In this document: positions 58,578 to 64,000 of the stretch, one piece after another
Layout: each line of letters opens with the position of its first letter
Numbering within the stretch: the first letter of the stretch is position 1
From: a virus
DNA length: 64,000 bases
IMG/VR virus record: IMGVR_UViG_3300050120_000169
Coordinates: 16,088 to 80,087 of that record
Direction: 5' to 3' (one strand)
Translations under genes and position numbers: made by a program
Notes under the pieces: generated by a model
What the model saw: the letters and a program-made list of their open reading frames with translations, nothing else
The model's database searches: none
What the model was told of the DNA's origin: nothing

Positions 58578-59357
58578 CTTAAAGGGGTAACTGTGGTAAC
58601 CACATCAGTTGGTCTGCATGGCGGTATATTCACCGATGACGGGGGAACTATTACCTATTCCCCCAGTAAGCAGCTTGTGCGGGATTTGAACCCTGGCTGG
58701 CGCTTCTGGAAGGCTTCACGCGCTCGCCAGTGCATGGAAGACGAGATTGTGGCGTACTGGGAAGCAATGTTTGACAAGGATATGGAGAAATCATGAGCTA
58801 CAAAACGTATGAAGAATTGGGCAACGCTGTAGTCGCTTCGCCCACGCATAGCCTGCGAGTACGCATAGGCCCAGTGGAAGTTGGCGGCACGTACGACAGC
58901 ACGACGCGGATCCTTGTGTGGCAGGCGGAATTTGCTGTGCGCAATGAAGAATATGTCAAGAACCTGCTGAGCATTTACGGCGAAGCTATTCATTAACCCG
59001 CAATTAATTGCGGAGGAACCATGCTATTAGTCCTGTACATGGAGTACCTGGGCAGGTGTGTAGCTTCGGGTAGATTCGCCTTAGCCCCGTTGTCCTATAA
59101 GCCCTGGCTAGATTCGCTCACGAGCTACGCTGAAGACACAGGCGCAACGTTTGGCGAAATGGTCCGAGAAGAAATTGATCCCACTTGGGTAGGAGACTAG
59201 CCGTGGAATTCCTATGGGCACTTCTCGGTGCTGCTGCTCTGGTGTGCGTTATCCACTTCGGTATGTTGGCTTATGACTGCAACCAGTCAGGCGGGACACT
59301 GGTAAAAGCCGTGATGCCGTTTGAGTTTGTATGCATCAATACCCAGCGATAAACCCT

Positions 59358-59385
59358 TTGACAAATTGCCGTGATGCTTTACAAT
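59358..59385 (+). promoter_or_regulatory. sigma70-like promoter
   Basis: TTGACA-N16-TACAAT. Confidence 0.7.
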
Positions 59386-59587
59386 GAACTCTGGTAACAA
59401 CCGCCATGGAGGGCAAAATGAGTAACTTTGAACAGAAAGAGCAAGAACACATCACGGCCTACCAGCAAGGCCGTAACGACCGTCAGGCTAATAGGCCTCA
59501 CCGCGCTCCGCGCAGCGATGGCACCGAGTGGGCATATAACACCGGCTGGCATGATGGCAAAAAGAATTTCACCGAGAAGAAACCCCC

Positions 59588-59881
59588 ATGTCCCATTTTG
59601 TAGTCCGCCGTTTGCTCAAGCACGATGGCAATGTAGAAGTCCTGGGCGATCCCATGTCGATGGCTCAGATACGCACTTTACTAACGGCTGACAGCCTGGA
59701 TGTAGTAGTTTTACAGAATGGCATGGTAATGATTGTTGATGATAATGGCATCGAGCGCAAACTGCCGGTCAACCCTATGGCAACTGAAATGTATTTGCGG
59801 CGCTGTGTACCGGGCGCTGTGGCAAAGATCTACGGGGATGTGGTGATAGTGCCAGATGCGGATTTTGATCCCGTACAATAA
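59588..59881 (+). CDS. hypothetical protein (DUF3846-like)
   Basis: MIVDDNG...LPVNPMAT...IYGDVV. Confidence 0.55.
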   Translation: MSHFVVRRLLKHDGNVEVLGDPMSMAQIRTLLTADSLDVVVLQNGMVMIVDDNGIERKLPVNPMATEMYLRRCVPGAVAKIYGDVVIVPDADFDPVQ

Positions 59882-60155
59882 TGGGCTTAGTCCATATAAG
59901 GAGAACTCCAATGAACCAGCACCAACCGAGAAAGCACAAACCCCACTGCCGTTACTGCGTGAAGGAAGCTGTGGATCAACACGATGATGGATCACATGTG
60001 TGTGAGGATCATCAGAAACACACGCGGTGGGGGCAGGTAGCGGTCGCCATGTTGGACCGGCCCTACGATGAATGCCAGATAGACGAACCCAAGTAGCAGT
60101 CTCTAAACAGACCGTCCGCAATCAATTGCGGCGGCCTTTTTTATGTGGGGTAAAA

Positions 60156-61889
60156 ATGACCGGTGCCGTACGACTCATAGCATTAACCAAACCCGTGATA
60201 GACGAATGTATAACAGCCGAGGATCTAGTGGCCTTCTGCGCTCGTGTTAGCAACCCAGCGAATCAGGCCAACCACGACACAGCAGGTAAGTTGTTGAAAT
60301 ATCTGGCGAAGAACAAGCACTGGTCCCCATTTGAAATGGTTAATGTGGTACTGGAAATCACGACGACCCGGGACATTGCCCGTCAGATCTTGCGACACCG
60401 ATCTTTCAGTTTTCAGGAATTTTGTGTTACTGGGGACACTCGGATTACCTTGGAATTGCCCAACGGAGTGGCAAAGGGGAAACGGGCTGCATACACCAGA
60501 ACTATTGAACAGTTATACCGCCTTCAACAAGAATCCCCTAAACGTTTGCCCAAGTGTGTCCGAGTTTTTGATGAGAACACTAGGGCTTTTGTCACGGCCC
60601 CGATCAAAGAAGTATTCCAGACGGGAGTTAAGCCTGTTTTTCGTATCACGATGGCGAACGGAAAAACCATTGATTGCACTAAGGAGCATAAATTCCTTAC
60701 TCAAGAGGGTTTTATACCTATTGAAGACGCAATTGGTCTTAAGGTGCTTGGCACAAAGGCTGTAATGACCAACCCCAATACTTTTCTAGCCTGTAATGGA
60801 GTTACTGCACACCAGGATCGTGATTGGTTAGTGGCCTCCAAGAGTCGCTCTATTCAGGCAGGTTCTGGACTACAAGGCATAGCCAAAGAGGCGGGGGTAA
60901 CAACCCATACCATACGTAAGTGGTTGAAACACCATCAAGTACAGTTCACCAAGAAAGAGGTGTCTTCTTATACACCCGCTTGGAATAGAGGGGTCACAGG
61001 GTACAGCACGGGTAAGCGTAGTCTTACGACTATTCAAAAAATGAGAGCTTCGGCAAAGAAGGGGGCGGATTCCAATTTGTGGCGCGGGGGAGTTAGCAGG
61101 TCGGAAAGACTACGTATTGCTGACTGGTGCACGGCTCACAGGGCAGAATTTTTAATCAAGGCTGGGTATAAGTGCCAACGCTGTCGTAGTAGCTTGAAAC
61201 TAGAACTCCACCATATGCAGACAGTTGCTGCTCGTCCTGATCTGGCTTATGACAAAGAGAACATAGAAGTTCTGTGTAACGTTTGTCATGACAAACACCA
61301 TGCTTTGAACGGGGACGCCAAAAAATGGCGTGAAAAACATAAAGGCCACACACTAACAGTGGAGTGGTGCAAAGTAAGTAAAGTGGAATTTCTAGGTGAT
61401 CACATGACTTACGACCTAGAAGTTCAGCATGACTCCCATAACTATGTGGGGAATGGTCTGGTTGTGCATAACAGTCAACGCTACGCGGCTGTAGTGGACT
61501 TCGCGGAGCCACGCGAGGCGCGGATGCAGGATGCCAAGAACAGACAGAACAGTACCCCGGCTGATGACGCGTTGCTGGCTGGTTGGTGGGAGCAGGCACA
61601 AGCAACGCATATTACGAACACAGAGAAGCTATACAAGACGGCGCTCGATGCAGGTATTGCCAAGGAAGTGGCCCGGTCGGTGTTGCCAGAGGGTCTTACG
61701 ACCAGCCGCCTATATATGTCGGGGTCGCTCAGGAGTTGGATTCACTACGTGCTACTGCGCACGGGCAATGGCACCCAGTTAGAACACCGGCATATCGCGC
61801 TGCGCTGTCAGGGGGTGCTGGTTGAGCAGTTCCCTGCACTTTCAGTACTTTTCGAGACAGAACATGACCAAGCTGACAGTACTCATTGA
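60156..61889 (+). CDS. thyX: flavin-dependent thymidylate synthase with an intein
   Basis: ARVS, HWSPFE, RQILRHRSFSFQEF|SQRY, AKEVARSVLP and TQLEH motifs. Confidence 0.92.
   Translation: MTGAVRLIALTKPVIDECITAEDLVAFCARVSNPANQANHDTAGKLLKYLAKNKHWSPFEMVNVVLEITTTRDIARQILRHRSFSFQEFCVTGDTRITLELPNGVAKGKRAAYTRTIEQLYRLQQESPKRLPKCVRVFDENTRAFVTAPIKEVFQTGVKPVFRITMANGKTIDCTKEHKFLTQEGFIPIEDAIGLKVLGTKAVMTNPNTFLACNGVTAHQDRDWLVASKSRSIQAGSGLQGIAKEAGVTTHTIRKWLKHHQVQFTKKEVSSYTPAWNRGVTGYSTGKRSLTTIQKMRASAKKGADSNLWRGGVSRSERLRIADWCTAHRAEFLIKAGYKCQRCRSSLKLELHHMQTVAARPDLAYDKENIEVLCNVCHDKHHALNGDAKKWREKHKGHTLTVEWCKVSKVEFLGDHMTYDLEVQHDSHNYVGNGLVVHNSQRYAAVVDFAEPREARMQDAKNRQNSTPADDALLAGWWEQAQATHITNTEKLYKTALDAGIAKEVARSVLPEGLTTSRLYMSGSLRSWIHYVLLRTGNGTQLEHRHIALRCQGVLVEQFPALSVLFETEHDQADSTH
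60423..61472 (+). mobile_element. intein (350 aa) carrying an HNH endonuclease domain
   Basis: Starts CVTGDT, block B CTKEHKFLT, ends YDLEV...NYVGNGLVVHN before Ser; internal CQRC...LELHH...N...LCNVCHDKHH. Confidence 0.9.
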
Positions 61890-62484
61890 TGGGCAGTGTG
61901 CGGTAATCACGCTTGAGGCCGACGAGGTTGAGATAAATTCGCCAGAAGGTGTGACGTTCAAGCTACCGGAGCAAGGCACAGCAGGTTGGCCGGGTACGCC
62001 TGGAAACCCGCCTGGGCATGGCAAAAGTCCACCCGTAGTGCCCAATTGCTTGGTGACCGGCACCACAGGGCATCTATGCGACCCGGAAGGTGTCAACCAC
62101 CCCCAGCACTACAACAGTCACCCCTGTGGGCTGGAAGTGATACAAGTCACGAACTACCTAGGGTCATTCAACCTAGGATGTGTGTTCAAGTATGTGGTTC
62201 GTACTGACTCGAAAGATGGGTTGAAGGATCTTAAGAAAGCTCTGTGGTATGCCGACGAAGAAACGAGAAATCGAGAATATTGGGATGCTCGATCAACGTT
62301 GAAGCTTAACGTTCATCGCTGGACTGTCTTGCGTAATAACCTTGAGCAGTTTATCAAATTCGAGCCGGATGCCCATGTACGCAACGTGCTGGGTGCGCTA
62401 TTTAAAATGTATTTTGAAGATGGCACACCGGAAGTGCTGCGAAAAGCCGTGGGGTTCCTGCATCAAGAGCGAGGTGGGAAATGA
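61864..62484 (+). CDS. DUF3310-like protein
   Basis: VNHPQHYN...FNLG..KY..R...KDGLKDLKKALWY. Confidence 0.7.
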   Translation: MTKLTVLIDGQCAVITLEADEVEINSPEGVTFKLPEQGTAGWPGTPGNPPGHGKSPPVVPNCLVTGTTGHLCDPEGVNHPQHYNSHPCGLEVIQVTNYLGSFNLGCVFKYVVRTDSKDGLKDLKKALWYADEETRNREYWDARSTLKLNVHRWTVLRNNLEQFIKFEPDAHVRNVLGALFKMYFEDGTPEVLRKAVGFLHQERGGK

Positions 62485-62584
62485 AGAACCGTATGGCAAG
62501 CACTAAAACATGGGTGGCAATCAATCTCACGATTGTCTTTGTGCTGTTGTTGGCAATGAGGCTATACGCCTAAAGGAGTAGTAA

Positions 62585-63067
62585 ATGGCTGATTTTATTG
62601 AACGCGTACTAGAATTTAATCGCGCTGCGGGGCGTCCCGAGACTTTCGACACGCATCTGGTGTCCGCGCATATCGGCTATCAGATGGAAGAAATGTCCGA
62701 GAAGTTGTTGCTCGGGGTGATGGCTGGCGCACAGACGGCTGAGTCCCAGCTTCACGCCTGGGCAGTCAAGCACATGGCGAACGAGTTGCACTTGATGGGC
62801 CTGAAATTCAAAAATGGGTTCTACGATGAGCTTGTCGGCCACGCGAACAAGAAGGAACTGCTCGATGCCGATATCGACCTCGCGGTCTTTACGATGGGCA
62901 GTATGATGGTCCAGGGCGCTGATGTCCTGGGGGCCACCAACGAGGTGTGCAGCGCAAACGAACGAAAGAAGTTCGAAGACGGTACTTATCACAAATCTAC
63001 GGAGGGTAAAATAATTAAACCGATTGGGTGGGTTCCACCCGACATGACGCCTTATGTTGGGAAATAA
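62585..63067 (+). CDS. MazG-like NTP pyrophosphohydrolase (PRA-PH-like)
   Basis: EEMSE, ELLDADID, EV..AN..K and GKIIKP.GW.PPD motifs. Confidence 0.75.
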   Translation: MADFIERVLEFNRAAGRPETFDTHLVSAHIGYQMEEMSEKLLLGVMAGAQTAESQLHAWAVKHMANELHLMGLKFKNGFYDELVGHANKKELLDADIDLAVFTMGSMMVQGADVLGATNEVCSANERKKFEDGTYHKSTEGKIIKPIGWVPPDMTPYVGK

Positions 63068-63070
63068 TCT

Positions 63071-63098
63071 TTGACAAACCGCTGACTTTGGCTATACT
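63071..63098 (+). promoter_or_regulatory. sigma70-like promoter
   Basis: TTGACA-N16-TATACT. Confidence 0.75.
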
Positions 63099-63163
63099 GG
63101 AATCTGCTCCAACCGCAACGGAGTGCAGCCAAATTTGGCACCCAACTTTTATAGGACACAGAC

Positions 63164-63613
63164 ATGTACACGACAAAACCAACGTTCATCCACATACGCA
63201 GCGGCTATGACGCAGACGGTCGCCCTTTGCCGCATGGCGGTAAAACCATTGCTTTCGATATCTTGCACTACAAGGACGAGGCCGAAGTCGAATGCCAAGC
63301 CGTCCAGTACTACATCGCTGTTTGCCCCCGCAAGCAGAACTACAACCGCAAGATCGGCGCGCAGGTTGCGCTGGGCCGCCTGCTTCCCAAACGCCAGAGC
63401 ACGGCGGAAAAACACCCGATCAGTACCCTGTACTTGAACAAAGACGACGATGTACAGGTCAAGTTGCTCAATCATCTGGGGCTGGCGTTTCCGCAAACGG
63501 TAACGGCGGCAGCAGTGGCAGAAAAAGTGGCCGAAGTCGATCCGAATTTGGCGGCGGCAGTGGCTGAATCGCAAGCTGTCGAAGGTGTCGGGCTTTATAC
63601 CGAGGCCGATTGA
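63164..63613 (+). CDS. hypothetical protein
   Basis: GGKTIA...AVCP...NYNRKIG..VALGRL motif; AGGA RBS. Confidence 0.6.
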   Translation: MYTTKPTFIHIRSGYDADGRPLPHGGKTIAFDILHYKDEAEVECQAVQYYIAVCPRKQNYNRKIGAQVALGRLLPKRQSTAEKHPISTLYLNKDDDVQVKLLNHLGLAFPQTVTAAAVAEKVAEVDPNLAAAVAESQAVEGVGLYTEAD

Positions 63614-63957
63614 CCATGGGCTACTGTGAAATTACGGGCGTAGACTTGGAGGAGTTTATCCAGGCGGTCTACGCCTTGAGTTGTCCGGTCGGCCTGGGGA
63701 TGTTGCATTACAAACCCGACCCGTTGTCCAAGGAAGATATCAGCGAATGGGTGGCGTCGATAGCCGCACACCAAGGCGGTAACGATATCGCGTTGAACAT
63801 GGATTATGTGCTGGGCCGATGTTGCAAGATGGTGGTGTGGCGACGGCAGGATCGGTTGTATATCCGTGATGACTGGTACGACCATTCTCCAGATGAACTA
63901 GCCCAGTTGTTGAACCGGGTCGGCAGGGCTGATGCGCCAAAGGTCAATAGCATTTGA
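63610..63957 (+). CDS. hypothetical protein
   Basis: S.PVGLG.LH...MDYV.GR.CKM. Confidence 0.55.
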   Translation: MTMGYCEITGVDLEEFIQAVYALSCPVGLGMLHYKPDPLSKEDISEWVASIAAHQGGNDIALNMDYVLGRCCKMVVWRRQDRLYIRDDWYDHSPDELAQLLNRVGRADAPKVNSI

Positions 63958-64000
63958 CCGTAACAATCACTAACCCGAAGCGATGCAGTAAGTGCAAGCG

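Larger units (their letters stand above)
933..60130. repeat. dispersed 14-bp palindrome YGCAAT(CA/TG/TA)ATTGCG, 21 copies
   Basis: Starts at 933, 5319, 9829, 16080, 19033, 22451, 25705, 29273*, 30784*, 34294, 40022, 41114, 43965, 45701, 46785, 48867, 51206, 55508, 57179, 58999, 60117 (* = one mismatch). Found by eye; the list may be incomplete. Confidence 0.9.

Noticed and set aside
933-60130. CRISPR array or REP elements made of the palindrome
   Set aside because: Copies are single, 14 bp long, kilobases apart and often intragenic; there is no repeat-spacer periodicity.
1-64000. Absence of DNA polymerase, capsid, portal, large terminase and integrase genes
   Set aside because: The window is a partial genome, so absence here is not informative.

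Overview
A 64-kb segment of a tailed dsDNA phage with a contractile tail. The host is probably Gram-negative/proteobacterial, but this cannot be determined from the sequence. Essentially all credible genes are on the + strand. Gene order: neck, sheath, tube, tape measure, baseplate, fibre and spike genes (1-18.3 kb); lysis genes (18.4-19.7 kb); a small-RNA locus with an HNH-split tRNA-Asn (19.7-20.5 kb); replication and recombination genes (initiator, DnaB-like helicase, primase, SSB, SF2 helicase, RecA, resolvases, Cas4-like nuclease); a putative DNA-glycosylation cluster (deacetylase, Rossmann-fold protein, glycosyltransferase, ParB); an early-type region with many sigma70-like promoters; a tRNA/ncRNA cluster; and an intein-containing thyX. 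The most striking item is at 28.2-30.15 kb. A promoter and a two-state structured leader drive a 265-aa unknown protein. It is followed by a ~960-nt RNA closed by a terminal helix that contains two circularly permuted tRNA-like domains (3' half first, 5' half second, no anticodon loop), one with an HNH gene looped out of its linker. Other notable patterns: 21 copies of a 14-bp palindrome spread across the window; 14 promoters that all have a 16-bp spacer; a tmRNA-TLD-like mini RNA; a Cys-anticodon tRNA with a long variable arm; and homing endonucleases that rebuild the gene ends they interrupt. All product calls are from motif recognition and synteny by eye; no searches were run.
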